A stretch of 64,000 nt of DNA from Podarcis tiliguerta. Taxonomy: Eukaryota. Position 1 is the first letter of the stretch; every line of letters begins with the position of its first letter. Positions 35,149 through 49,011 of this stretch are shown here, piece by piece. Position numbers and translations under genes: made by a program. The notes under the pieces were generated by a model. That model was not told the origin of the DNA. It did not search any database and saw only the letters and a program-made list of their open reading frames with translations. The stretch is from assembly GCA_965153285.1 (NCBI GenBank), contig OZ229110.1. The stretch is one strand, 5' to 3'.

Positions 35149-35725
35149 CTTTGACTGGCCAGCTAAACTGGGGGGGGGGGGGGAGATAGCTAAACTGGGG
35201 ATAGCTGAAGGGTCTCAAAGCCTTCATGAGTTAGGGACTTCCCCTGCATGTGAAGAAAGGCTCTGGAGGATTGAGCAGACAAAACTAAGAGTGGTCCAAC
35301 TGTTAAGAAGGCCGTTTCTGCACACAGTATAGAGGGAGTTGAGGGGCAGGTGGGGCTTATCAACCTGGAAAGGTAGCCCATCTAGCAGAAGGGAAACACT
35401 GATCCTAAACCTCCACTGACTGCAGGGTATCTTCAGGAGAAGATAAGGCTAAAGAGTAAACCCTAGGACACTTGGATAGTGCCTTCTATGCCTCCCTTTG
35501 GCAACTCCTGCAGCCAAGCTGGTGCGAAACGTATTGTTCTGCTTTCCTTTGGACCACATCAGCAAGGCTGAGGGGGGGTCTTGTGGTCTGGGCAGTCCAG
35601 GACCTCCATACACACTGCCCAGGCTTGCGCCCCAAGGAGGTCACTTGGGTGCTGCTAACGCAGCAGTTTGACTTCACTCCCAGAAGTGCACTCCATCATC
35701 TCTCCAGACGGATGGATGCCAACAA
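35149..35725 (+). mobile_element. Short non-autonomous non-LTR element (Vingi/Ingi- or RTE-like)
   Basis: About 580 bp, containing GGTAGCCCATCTAG.AGAAGG.AAAC.CTGATCCTAAACC and ending GGATGCCAACAA. Homologous to the inverted copy at 24550-24920. Family assignment is from memory. Confidence 0.6.
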
Positions 35726-36571
35726 TTGTGTTTTTATGCTTTGTAAGACATCCTGAGTGGGCTCAGCTCTAACAGTTAGCCTATAAATACGTGAGTGACT
35801 TATGGGATCTTTTATTGGCTAAGCAAGATGGCAAATACTTCAAGCCCCAACAAAATTCCTGTTACAATTCCCATTCCCAAATGTTCCAGGGCTATTGCCT
35901 GAAGCCTGTTCCCTTCTTAGGAGATGCTGCAATCCCACTATCTAGGAGTGGGTTGCAAAACCCCTCTGACATTTTAGGAGGAAGCATACATATCACTATT
36001 CCTTTTTCCATTTCCCCTTATCAACAGAGAAGATCTCACTACTGATACTGGCCTAGGGCTAATAAAGTTCCTCACAGCTACCCTATTAATTGTTTGGAAG
36101 AGTCCTAGAGACTAACTCCACTCCAGGACACTGGGAGATTTAACCTTTTATCCTATAACATATAGCTTAGATTGTTTAACGTTACACTGAATAACAAGTG
36201 CTAAGATTATTGTAGCCATATTTTGATGTGATGCAGTTTAGCTGGTCATGCTCTCCATGTATGGTATTATAATCTAAGCAACATTTATGATTTTAAATGC
36301 TGTTTATTTGGTATTTCAGTACAAAGTGTTTGCTGGGATGAACAGGAATGGGCTGGCTGTTCAGATTCATTACACACTTACAATTCTTGAGTTCACAGAA
36401 GGATATGCTTAGTTTCAGGGCAGGGGTGGTAGTGTTGGCATTAAGACAATTTGAAATATCATACTAGATGTGTACCTGTCTCACCTGGATGCCTTAACAG
36501 AAGCATCTTACTTGAAGTAAGATGTAGCTATTGATTTGTAGTTTTAAAAATGAGTTTTTGCCAAAAGTACC

Positions 36572-36627
36572 TGATAGTATTATGAATTATGATAGTATTA
36601 TGAATTTTTGATAGTATTATGAATTTT
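36572..36627. repeat. Short tandem repeat TGATAGTATTATGAATT x3
   Basis: Direct observation. Confidence 0.85.
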
Positions 36628-37246
36628 TCTTTAGTTTAGTTTAGTAGTGGCCTACCGGAGCCACTACTTCTTTCTTTCTTCACTGGAGACATGCAAAGAA
36701 CATAGACTGAACAATTGTACGGCCTGGATCAATACAAAGACTAAAATACTGAGCTAGGGATTCTCACGTTGAGATTCAACACTGCCATGAACTCATTAAG
36801 TGCTGTGGTATATTTTCAAAGGAGGTAGCCAGCTGGTCAGCGCTCACAGCAGAAAATGAAAAAATAAATAGCCCAGTAGCACATTCAAGACTATGGAAAA
36901 TGTATTGTTATAGGATTACAGGATTAGATGATATTTTAGATCTCCAAGCCTGTGGTTTTCTATCTGCATGTTAGGATTCTAGGTAGTGATTAGAAGTGAT
37001 GAAACCAGTTAATGACTCTAGCAAGCCTCTTAAAGATCTTTTTTAGTTGGTCAAGAAGTGTGTGTTTTCTATAGTTTACTACCTAAGCAGCTATGACAAG
37101 AGAAACTGGTTTCAAGGATATAACAGTATTATTGTGTAAGCTTAATGGATTACCAAGAGTCAAGCTTCTAGTGGACTCTAGCCCAAAAAGGTCTATACCA
37201 TAATAAATGTGTTAATCTTTAACCACTCTCTCTATTTCCCAAAGTT

Positions 37247-37375
37247 ATCCTAACAACAATCCTGTGAGGCAGGTTAGGTTGAGATAGTGACTGGCCCAAG
37301 GTCTTTTGTAGGTTTCATGGGAAATTTATTCCTAGTCTCCCAGGTCCTTGTCCATTTACAACCCCTCCTTATTCC
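37247..37375 (-). mobile_element. MIR-like CORE SINE remnant
   Basis: TATCCTAACAACAATCCTGTGAGGCAGGTTAGG.TGAGA.AGTGACTGGCCCAAGGTC, the reverse-strand CORE motif. Confidence 0.65.
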
Positions 37376-38516
37376 ACATTCGGGGGGGGGGGGCAGAAGC
37401 GAATAAGTTGGAGGAGGAGAATAACCCTTTCCCACAGGTCTGTTATGACCTTTAAAACTAAGCAAGGAAGGAAGTGTGTGAACTGTGGCAAGTAATTCAT
37501 GAGGAACCTTGCTCATGTGAGGCTTTCCCAGCTGTTGCCCTTAACTTCTGGCATGCTGCAAAAATGTCTGGCAGCAACTGCAACTTTCTCACCAATTTCT
37601 CAATGCAGATTGAAAGAATCGTGTCCCGGCATAATCTTATAGTAGATGACACACAAATAAGTATGGCAACACAGACAGTTAATGTACAGAGAAACACAGC
37701 TCTGAATGGGTGTGGTACAGCCTTTTATGATCCTCTGTCTGCTGTTGTCCACTCTCTTTCAACCAGAGACAGGCGACAATGCCAGCATGTTCCAGAGATT
37801 TACACTCAGTGGGATTTTGTAAAGGAAATATTTTTTAGTTCTCTCTGTTTTTAGTTCAATTTTAAATGCCAATATTTTTTAAATTACAGCAATTTTCTAG
37901 CAAAATAAATGCACATTTAATTATTTAAAATTAAGCTTACAAACACTCTCTTTCATGGTTTGAGCTCATTCTGTCCCCCCATCCCCCCCAAAAAAACCCA
38001 TTGTTGTAGTTGTTGTAGTTGTTGGGTTTTATAAACAAGAATGTTATACAAATAAGTATACCAAGTTTTCTCATGTTATTTGTATATCAGAAAAATAGAG
38101 TAGTAAATGTGGAAAAATATCTACAACATATGTTTCATTATTAGTCAATGTATGAGTTTTTAATCCTGCCCCCTCCCTTAAAGGGGACTCCTACCCATGT
38201 TTGCTTAAATGCAAATAGAAGTGTCAGTGAGTACACTAACCAGGTTGTGTGATTGTTCAAAGCTTCCATTCACATTCAGATGAAGACAGGTAGAAGCTCC
38301 CTTTAGACCTTCTCTGCTCCACACAGGAAGGCCTGGGACTGAGCAGGCAGGGAAGGGGTGTTTGGGCTAGTGCCAGCATGTGCAGCCCTATGCACTCAAC
38401 ACCAGTTGCTATTTCCTGTTCAGACATAATGTCTGAACGGGGCTTCTGACACAAGGCAATGCTATACTGGGGATGTAACTCCTTACAGCACAAACACAAC
38501 AAGGCATTAAACTTAC

Positions 38517-38549
38517 TTTTCCAAAGAAGCCTTTGAAGAACTTCCTTTC
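38517..38549 (-). CDS. NUMB: NUMB alternatively spliced PTB-insert microexon (33 nt, ERKFFKGFFGK)
   Basis: ttcctccag|GAA acceptor and AAA|gtaagt donor. The peptide is the known 11-aa PTB insert. Confidence 0.95.
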
Positions 38550-39205
38550 CTGGAGGAACAGGGGGGACAAGTCGAATGCTATTACTGTAGGTAGCTAAAG
38601 TGTCCCAGGGTTTTAAACCAACACATACAGACAAAAAATGGGGATTGGAAGGAAAGTAGGGAATGTTTAGGGTTATCCATAGAGGATGTGACAGGCAGAT
38701 GTGGAAAGTCCCATGAAAATGCACACAGAAAGCATCACATGGGCTTTTATTAGGACAGGCCGTAGCTCTGAAATTGGTGGAAAGGAAAGGAAAAATCAGA
38801 CCCAATTTCATGCAAAATGTTTTAGACTTCATTTTGTTTGTCCCTTTAGCTTTTAGTAGGTTACAAGCCAAACTTGGCAGCAGACATGGAGATGTTCCAA
38901 ATTGGATGATGATGACTTGAAATTAGCACATTAGATAAATTTTGAAAAGCTCGAGTTAATTAACAGAGCTCAAATAGCATGACAGCAAAAGGAAAATAAT
39001 TTGGGGAGCATATTTCCAGTCCTTATCAAAAGCCTGCTTAGAAAAGGTGTTTGTGTTTAAGCTCATATACCCTCCATCATGATTTTCCAACAGTATTTTG
39101 TAAAGCAGATTTAGTAGAAAGTGTAGGGGATATTTATGCCGCAGTTTCTTTTGTTTTAGAATGTGGATTCTTTCACTGAAGAGGCTCCATATTAGATTTT
39201 GGCTT

Positions 39206-39334
39206 NNNNNNNNNNNNNNNNNNNNNNNNNNNNNNNNNNNNNNNNNNNNNNNNNNNNNNNNNNNNNNNNNNNNNNNNNNNNNNNNNNNNNNNNNNNNNNN
39301 NNNNNNNNNNNNNNNNNNNNNNNNNNNNNNNNNN
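39206..39334. other. Assembly gap (N run), intronic
   Basis: Ns. Confidence 0.99.
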
Positions 39335-40198
39335 GTAAACTACTGTATCTGCATCATCTAAGAGTTCTCGCTTCACTGTTACTATATGTATATAGTGCTT
39401 AGAGTTTTGTGATTAAGCAGCTTATGAAGCTTTCCAAATAAACAATGTGTATACTGAACAGGAACACTTCATACACATCTTACAGTATACATATAGAAAA
39501 TGTGGTAGATTTCACAAGCACAATCAGCGAAGTGGGAGTATTACACATTTTGATGGCAATCAAATGCAGCAGCTTTAAGATATATTTCACAGGCAATTTT
39601 AAAATTATTTATCCATTTCAGAGACAAACAAAAGCCCAGATATATATTTTGTGACAACCTTCACTGAAAATTAAGGGATGGGATCAACAGTGCTTTAAAT
39701 TATTCCTGTGATGACTACCATGAAGCAAGCCATTTATGGGCTTTGGCTTGCTTCACAAGCTTCACAGCCTCCAGTACAAAACGTTTATGGTGGTTTGGAG
39801 AAAGTTAGTTAATCTGCATGGTGAACTGCTGATCATGAATGTCTTCCTACATGGTGGCAGCAGTTTCTTCATATGTACAAGAGATACAAGGCCACATCTG
39901 TGGTCATCTCTGATACTTAAGGGCCTAGAAGTAACAGCAGGCTTTACAGACATTATGCCCCTTCTCTGCCATCTATCAGCTATTTCAACACATGGCACTG
40001 GGTGATGAAATATCTAACTTAATATTGTTGCCTTAAATGATTAAAACTGTCTTCAAGATAGCTTATTACAAAAAAATCTCGGTAAGAAAAAGGGAACAAC
40101 TGCACTAGGTTAAAAAAATGCTATAGGGGTACATACTTGAAGATTTGTTATGGGATTCCTTTTTTTAAGTTGCCAGTTTGAAAATGTATAATCAATCT

Positions 40199-40200
<2 letters not shown>

Positions 40201-40245
<45 letters not shown>
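40201..40245. repeat. (CA)n(TA)n compound microsatellite
   Basis: Direct observation. Confidence 0.9.
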
Positions 40246-42290
40246 GCCACCACTGCCAAGTTAAGCATTAAATATCAATATAAGCCTTCAGAAGATATGC
40301 CAGAGTTCAGGAGGTCCGTAAGGTACCTTGCTTAAGAAACTGTAATTAGGTTTAATTTTCAAAAGGTGTTAACTTGGAAAAATTTAGATATTCTAGAAAA
40401 AGTATTAATGATAGAGAACATGCAAAATGGATTTTAGGGTAGCTATGGAAGTTAATATTCAGATACACTAGTATTTTCAAACACTATTAAGTTTCGTTTA
40501 CCTGCTAAAACAAGAAAATACATTAACAAACGTATCATATTTGCAAACAAAACAAAAAAAGACTTGTTAAAGACACTAACACTGAAGACAATTTTAACCA
40601 AATGAGAGAGGATGGAGACAAGACACAGGCAGCTTCCAACACAGTTTACTGAGGGGCAGGTAAAATGCTGTTTGTCAAGAGGAAAGCTACATTTTAAAAG
40701 CATTGTGGTAAAAATTGTACATCAGTATTTTATTATGTCAATTCATACTATTCTAAGTAGAGTTAGGAATAAGACTAATGAAACTATGCCATGTTCCAGC
40801 AGCCGTGACAACCAAAGTATATAAACTCAATTATTCCCACCCCTCCTCTAGTGAGCTTGGATATGTGTTTCTCCGTAACTGAAAGTAAAAGGCAGTGTGT
40901 CCTAAAAAAGAAAGAAAAAGTAATGTTTTATATCTTTGGGGGAGCACTTCCTCACACAATCTTTTTGGTATTATTATCCAAATCTGAGGCATGCAGCAGG
41001 TCCAGTGAAGACAATTTACTGCAGCCATTGAAGAGCACAGAAAAGGAGAAACCGGGTTTAGCCATTTAAGAGTTTACCACACACAAGTCAGTCTGTTTTG
41101 ACAACATCAGATTGCTACACCCAGATAGATACATCAAGATTCAACTGCCCTTGAATGACTTATGACTTGTTCTCAGAGGAAGTTGTTCTACTGTATTGGA
41201 AGAGACACGGTTGCCCTGTGAAAATGGAAGTTCAGTCGACAAAACAAAATCCTGGGTATAAGCTAAGAAAGAAAATCCACATTTATGAACAGAAACAAAA
41301 AGCAGCAACTTAAGAATGATCTCTACAGTTGGATGTTTGGTTGACATTTTAAGTCTCAATATGAGAATGCTCCTCAGTAATCAGTAGAAGTGGCTTGAGG
41401 GGAGTGAAATACATCAATATTTTAGAAAAGCAGCACTAAAGTCAATATCAATTGGCTTTATTGACAAATGGTCTGGCATAATCAGTTAATCTATATAGAA
41501 TAGTATAAGTGAAAGTTGTATGAGCTTAAGATTTCAGTAGAAATAGAAGTCTCTTGTGTTGAATGCCACACAAGGAAGGCCCATAGTCTTGTGATTTCCA
41601 TGTGCCATCTGTGTGTAATAGGTGGTTTCAAGTGACTGTTATTTCAGAGTGATTTTCACTGGATATAGTACACAACCATTTTGTTTAAGTTATGGACATG
41701 AACAGGGAATTCAAAGACTGAAGTTATGTTCTTTGATTCCAGAAATGTAGTGTGCAGTGTGCCAAATGTGTTATACGCACAACTTTAAACATCTGTCTCT
41801 TTGGGCTTAGAAATTGGGGGGGGGGGGGTAGTTTTATTGATCACTTTGTATTTAGTTGTACCAGACACTCATCTAACTAATTTGACAATGTGCTTGCCCC
41901 CCCCCCCCAAAAAAATATGGAGAGCATCATTTATACTAACAAGTCTGAGACTTCTTCCTGCCCTGAAATGCTCTGTGGAGTATAGCATTCACATCTTACA
42001 AAATGTTCAAGACTAAGAACAATGAGAAATTGAGGATGGCATCTAATCAGATCACTGGAGTTCATTCAAAAGCTCAAAGCCAATTTTTTCATCCTCTTGT
42101 CTGTGACTGAGAGAAGGAAACAACAGGTTTGAGTCTGAAATCACTATATTCACATGCAAGAGGACCTTTTAAAAATCTTTTTAGCATTTTGTAGTAGGCT
42201 TAAGATTTATTGATGCAGTCAATGAAGAACACAAAAACAACTTAAAAAATGTAATCAGTGGGTGTCAAAAGTCAGCTACTCCATTTAAAA

Positions 42291-42632
42291 CAGGGATGCA
42301 GAACAGAATTTAGCCAGTGGGCCGGAACCCTGCCAAGCCAGGTTCAGGTAGGCGGACCCAATCTCCTGTCAATCACTTGATGTCACAATGATACCAGGCG
42401 ATCCTTTTTGCCTTTGCAAAGCATGCAAAAGGCTTTCTAAGCCATGACAATCAGCTATTAATCAGGGCTTAGAAAGCACAGTGTTTGGGGGTGCCTGCAA
42501 AGTCCCTTTCACCCAACTCCCCCCCCCTTTACCTGCTCCACTTCTGATGGTGTATGCATCAGGTATAGGGCAGGCGGACATGGCTTGGCTGGAGTATAAA
42601 GAGGCCCCTAGGCCGGAGTTTCCCCACCCCTA
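42291..42632. mobile_element. Non-autonomous hAT element
   Basis: CAGGGATGCAGAAC / GTTTCCCCACCCCT ends and 8-bp TSD ATTTAAAA/ATTTAGAA. Confidence 0.7.
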
Positions 42633-43192
42633 ATTTAGAAGATCTTATATGGCATGTTTTTCTTCTTAGTGAGGAATCTGATCACTACAAATATTCAAGA
42701 GAGGTTTTTCCAGTTCTCCCCCATCTTCAGTCATGAATGGAAGCAGGTATCAGGAGGAGTAAACACTCCTTACAGCTAGTATCAGTTAACCATCTGGACA
42801 CCTAAGTACAGCAGTAAAGTGAATGCCTCTAAGCACATACATGCTATGGCAGTCCCAGTCCATATAGCACTGAGAATAACTATCCAAAAAGCTAACCAGC
42901 TTAATATAAAGATAGCGGCATTTGTTTGAAGAACAAATAGCACACTTCCGAGAGAGGTCTCCTTAAAAAAAAAACACAGCAATAAGCCTAAGTCCTTCAG
43001 AACTGTTTTAAGAACACAGAGTAGCTACTTTGACCAGGACAGAGCAATGGTTTTAGTTCTTCCAATTTGTACTGGTATGCCTCTGCAATCATAAGCTCTG
43101 CTTTAAGGCAGCTATTTAAATTCCCCTACAAAAACCTCTGTAAATGGAAAACAATTGCATACTTAAAATAATATTTTAATAAGTATACATAC

Positions 43193-43267
43193 AGCTTTCA
43201 GTCTCTTCACAGCATCTTCACATATATGCATTCCTCTTGATTCATCTACTTCCACATGTCCCAGATA
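43193..43267 (-). CDS. NUMB: NUMB PTB exon (YLGHVEVDESRGMHICEDAVKRLKA)
   Basis: ctttcag|TAT acceptor and GCT|gtatgt donor. 75 nt. Confidence 0.97.
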
Positions 43268-46200
43268 CTGAAAGGGAGAGTGGAGGGGAAAAGCACCGAT
43301 TAGAATAATTGGACTAAACCAGCACTTTGTAGTTGTATTTATCTTCGTGTATCAGCCGGATTAAGTAGTCCAGTATTTTCACACATACTATACACCCTCA
43401 ACATAATTCAGACAAAATATAAGTCTATGGACAAAACTATGACTCAGAACACAGCCATGTGATTTTTAAACAGGCCACATAGCAGATAGGATTGTGAGAA
43501 GGATTTAAAATATCTTTATATCACCAGGCACAGCCACTGTCCTCGGACCAATGAAATCTTGCCATTTTATCACCCTTCCACCCAAGTCCATAAATAGTAA
43601 ACCTTCCAAGTGCTGTCTTGAGACATGGTTAAGACAGTCTTTCCTTACAACAAATGATTTTGTGGTTTCCATTAATCCTAGAATTTATAATACTGAAGAA
43701 TCTTCTCTGGGTGATCAGTCTAATTCTACTTGTAATGATGTACTATATCATAGATAAAACTAATATAATGTCAACTGCTGACATGCCATTTATTTAAACA
43801 AGGCTCTAGAATCAGCTCCTAATTTTTAAGAGGCTGTTATGGATGGGGCTAATACGCAGGAGCATGACTGCTGCAGTGTTATACAAAACGACTTTGTATG
43901 TCCAGCCAGTCTTCATTCTGAAAAGGGGATGTTATATTTCATCAAGGAACTACAGTATGCAAACTATTATACATTCCCAATGACCATAGCATTGTTACTA
44001 ATTATATAGGCTTAATCTAAATACTTTGCCTGGCAATTTACCTCATGCAAATAGGCAAGAAAAAAGGTGTCAAGATTAAATAAAGTTGATTTATTCTAAA
44101 GGCCCTATTTGTTGGCCCATTTCTAATAGGAATGAAATCTTAAGTTCCTAATTGCACAGAGCGTTACAGAAATTATTTAAGTTCTTACACCTATTTCATA
44201 AGCTTGAGAAAGCCCAACTCTTCCCCATCCCACGCCAATAAAAATGAGGCAGAGAGAAGATATGCAATTCTAAGCAATTATTGGTACTAGTGGAATAAAT
44301 TTCAATTCAGCAGTACCTAGTTCAGCAAAGTTCATATGTTCAAGTCCATTCAAATGCAAGTAGGATAGGTCTCCATGTTATGGCTACCATTCTGTTACAG
44401 AACAGTGGCATTTAGAACTGGACTGGTAGCTTGAACACCTCATGTGCTTATAACGTCAAGAATGAAGAGTTCTACACTGTAGTTTGTAGGATCAAATAGA
44501 AAGATTCGCAAGCAGCAGCCACAGAACCAAAAGTGATCCTCATTGAGGGACGGGGGAAATTGTCCCATCCTCCCAATGCCATGCCACAAACACAGCTATT
44601 TAGTAGTATGATTTTGTCCACCACTCTTAGAATACGTTCAAGGTTCCAACCCTCAAAGAGGGCAGCAAAGCATCTACAAATTGTAGATTGACTTGTATGC
44701 AAGACTGTACTATCATCCATATTTCTTTGAAAAAGTGAAGAAAGCCAAACCAAATCCATTTTTTCTGCAATTTGGGGGTCTTCACAAATGCCCATTAACT
44801 TGTGCTTCTTTCCAATTTCTTCTATTCAGCAAGACTTCCACTGTTGTTTTTAAAAAGCAAAAAAATCAGGTATCTTCTTGCTATATAAAGCTTCTCGGTA
44901 CTCTATAAAACCATGCTCTTATATTTCTGGTCAGGTATGGGTGTGTGATATTCAGTTGGAGGTACACATTCTGACACTGGAAAATGCATCTTACGTCTCC
45001 TCATTTACTTACCTATTTAATGTTCCAGTGAGGTTTATAAACACAATGACAAATAAATGACATTGGTGGAAATAGAGTCTTCTTAATAATAAATAAATAA
45101 ATAAATAAATAAATAATACCATTTGCTGCAAGTCAGAAGATTAACATTTACTTTACCACTCCAGAATGCTTATCTCACACCAACAGTACCACAAAGGCAG
45201 TACTGCAAAGGTCAAACATCAAGCCAGCTGAAACTGTACTAAACACAGATGAAAAAGTAAGCATTCTACTTACTGGAAAGAGTTTAATTTCTATAAATGC
45301 AGCTCTACTTCTATAAATGCAGCCCTACTTTAATGGAGTAGGAAAGGCAAATACAAAAGAAAACCACCTCTACTACAAAACAAGTGTAAGAAAATAGAAT
45401 TTAGGGGGAAATAAGACTGTACTATTATTAGCCTGGATAACTGATAAAAACACTTTTCTACTGAATATCTGCTTTGTAAGCAGTCAGTTTGCAACAAAAG
45501 TATCCCCATTAGATCTACAGAAATTATTTATTGCATTCCTGTGTGTATTCCATATGTGTGTGACTCCTGCAAGAAACGGAGTAAGAGCTACCTGATACAG
45601 TTGATTGCAAACACCAATGTAAGGTGGAAAGAGGTAGTTTGGGACAAAAGATATAAAAGGCATGACCGTGAGCTGTGGTAAGAATACTGTTGCACCATTG
45701 TAGAATATGGATCAGTACAAGCATCATATCAAGACATAGGCCTCTTAGCATCAGAGTTGCCTACTCTTTTCATATTCTAGCCTGTCTTAAGATCGCTTGC
45801 AATAGTTCCCTTATTTCATATCCACTTAAACAGATTCAAAAAGCACAATGCTATTTTCTTTCTTTAATCTGCTACCTCCTCTGTTGAAGCAACTCAAGGA
45901 CACACAATACAGATTTATGAGAACCATTAAAACAGCCATTCCTATTTGCTAAAGAGTGCTTAACACTACTAAGCAGCATGAAAAAATTAGTTATCCACTA
46001 AAGGGTGAGACTTGCTGTGAGAAACAGAGAACAATAATTTTTAACACTGTTCCAAAAGTGTAAATCACACCCTTGCCTTAGCTAGCAACTTTCCATAATG
46101 AACTTTTTAAAAAAATAATCTGACTAGCATGGAAGACATTTGGAAAAAAATTATGGCTGCATGATGTCATGTTTAACTACTTTGATCAATCAGCGAATAC

Positions 46201-46579
46201 CCTTTTGATTAAAAGGTTCTCCAATTAACCTTTAAAGAGACATTACCCCTTCCCTATATAACAAATGCATTTAAGATGCCTATTGTATAATTTAATAACA
46301 AAATATGCTTATTCTTCGGACAATAGCTTTATACATGTGCTAATGTATGCCAATTTAAACAAGCAAAACTTGTAAAAATTTTCCTTTAACCAACATTTCT
46401 TTATTCAGCCCCAGCGATATTTTACATACGGGAAGAACTATGAAGAAAATGTGTGCATAGACAAGAAACAGGATTTGTACAAATACAAACATTCTTCCAC
46501 GTAACTATTGTTAGCATGATCCAAACACAAACAGGATTTCGAAGTTTGCTGCAGTTCTTAAAAGAGTAAATATATTTAC

Positions 46580-46705
46580 CTTAACAGGAAAGCTGCATTT
46601 GCCAGTCCGAACCCCTTCTTCATCTGTCTGCCACTGATGTGGCCTGCTTGCTTCAGGGACATAGACATCTTTCTTTCTTCTGAAGCTCTGTCGTAATTTA
46701 TTCAT
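46580..46705 (-). CDS. NUMB: NUMB first coding exon ([42 protein letters not shown]); exon extends to 46722 with 17 nt of 5'UTR
   Basis: ATG at 46705, AAG|gtaaat donor, and ttttttgtag| acceptor at 46723-46724. Confidence 0.98.
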
Positions 46706-48776
46706 TGCTCAGTTCTTGTGCCCTACAAAAAAGGACATGGTTTAAATGAAAATTGAACTCGGATCTCAATATAAATAATGAACCAATCTACTGTATTTCT
46801 CCAACATGGTAAAAGGTTTGCTCAGGCAGTCCTTTAATATTACACTAACATGGGGAAGGCTTTTCCTTGGGTTCATCCCTTGGTGCATCCCATGGTGCTT
46901 ATATAACCTTGGAAGGCTCACAAGCACATGCACAGAGGCCAATTGCATGTCTCTTTTCCATAGAATCAGCAGCCCAGGATGCTGACCTTGTATATAATTG
47001 GATGAACCCATAGAAATGTGCTCCTTTCATGTCAGTGCAGTAGTTAAGAGGATACCTTGGGGGAAGCGCGAAGGAAAGCATTGTGGCATGTGCTTCAGGA
47101 CCAGCTTAAGTGGCTATGATCAAATTGTCTATTGTTTCACATATTCAAGTTATTACTGATCCATTTTCCACTTCCATTTTCATCTCCTGACACAAGATGA
47201 TGCCCCTTCCATAAGCACGTAGGTTTTCTGCCATTCCTGTTCATGAGAAAGGCTTACATTTCCTAAAGCCTCCAATACTGTATTGCAAATTATTTCTAAA
47301 ATGCTATTCAAGCCTCATACTTAAGTCTTTGCCTTATACAACACAAGATCTATTATGCCTCTGTGGAGATCACCCACACATGTTCAGACACCACAGAATA
47401 CCCTTGGCATTATAGTGATGCCCATACAGTTCTGTACATTCAAAGTCACTATTTCCCACAAAAGAAAGCATGGACCAACATAACACCAAAATATGAAGCT
47501 TGACAGAGGTCACCACTGTGAATAGCTTCCTACCTGACCTGCTAGACTCCTTAATGAATTAAGCAACAAACATTATAGCTAATGAAATTTATATTTTGAC
47601 AATCTATGAAAATTAGTATTTACCTCAGTACTTCGGCTACTTTATATTAGAATGCATTTATAGCTATTACCCTTTACCTAGCCATTCAGCCCATGTTAAT
47701 TTTTTAAACCAAAAGATTTATGGATGCAATTGATAACCCTTTTGGGTTATGTAACATTACTGAAGGACTAAGGTGAACATAAACCCAATATGAATTTCAA
47801 AACAACCTGTCACTGACTTTTTCAGAAGGTACATTTACCTTCTAGCAAGCCAGTAAGTTACTCTTCAGTATCCCAGCAATGTCAAGTATTGAAAGCAGTC
47901 TGCCAGCATCCTGGGTATGCTGGTGTTACTAAGGCTGCTTGCCAAAGCAAACACTTCCACCCACGTATGAATTCCTAGTTATTACCTGAGGTGCCTTTCA
48001 TGATCGGATGACAGGAAGTTCACAGCACAGGAAGCAACTTTGGTACACAGTTTGATAGTGTCTGAACCCCAGAAGTGAAAACCTATCTTATTATTAAAAG
48101 ATGCAGGCTGGCCCCTGAAAGTGCTTTCATAACCATAGCTCTGCAGCCATTGCAATCCAAACCAATAAAGCTAAAATATAATTGGCAGCAAATGATCATT
48201 AATTGTACAGTAAATGATAGGATACCCTCTCAGTTACTATAACAATTGCATCATGTATGGACTAGAAGCCAAGCTATTACAAGTGATTGCTATGAAGAGT
48301 ATCTTAAGAGCACATATGTTTGAACCTATCTGTTTTAACAACATGCTGGTAAACAACTTAATAAACAGAATCCCCCCCAAGCCTAACATTTTAGCAGAAT
48401 ATGTTAAACATGTCAAGGCATAATGAATTCATCTGTTGAGTTCAAGTATATTCCAAGGTGAACAAACTCTGAAGCAAATTTATCAAATGGCACCTGGTCA
48501 AAGCTGCCGAAAGACTGCTTGTTGCTCAGAGACCAGACTGTTTCATTGAAAGCTATTAACATAGCTGCTGAACTGCTCAGACTGAAGCCTTCAGAGAAGG
48601 AAGATGAACGGGCAGTTTTTCCACTGGCTTCTAATTCATCAGTAGGCACATGTTGTGTCATGCCTTGTTATCCGAGATGAATGGATACACCCCAGATAAC
48701 TTCCATAGCGAAAATACAGTATATGCAAATACAGAACTGCCTAGCATATACTAAATGGTTTCTCTCCACCCACAAT

Positions 48777-49011
48777 GGCTGCGTCTGCATAGAATGCTAA
48801 ACCATGGTTTGTTTCAACTGTGGCATGTTCAAATCACAAGACATCTAACAGACAATCAGACAAGGCACTGCTTGTTTCTTCCAAGCTTATTTTGTTGTCC
48901 AGCGGTTCTTTCTTCATGATTTTTATCTTGCTGAACATCTGGGGTGGAATAGCCAAACAAGCAACACTGTGGCTGAACAAATCATGGTTTAGTGATATGT
49001 GCGCATCAGGC
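48777..49011. mobile_element. Palindromic MITE (CTAAACCATGGTTTG family)
   Basis: Left CTAAACCATGGTTTGTT and right AACAAATCATGGTTTAG are inverted repeats. Confidence 0.6.

Noticed and set aside
48413-48661. 82-aa ATG-initiated ORF on the NUMB strand upstream of the first coding exon
   Set aside because: No recognisable homology or splice connection to NUMB; the length is within chance expectation.
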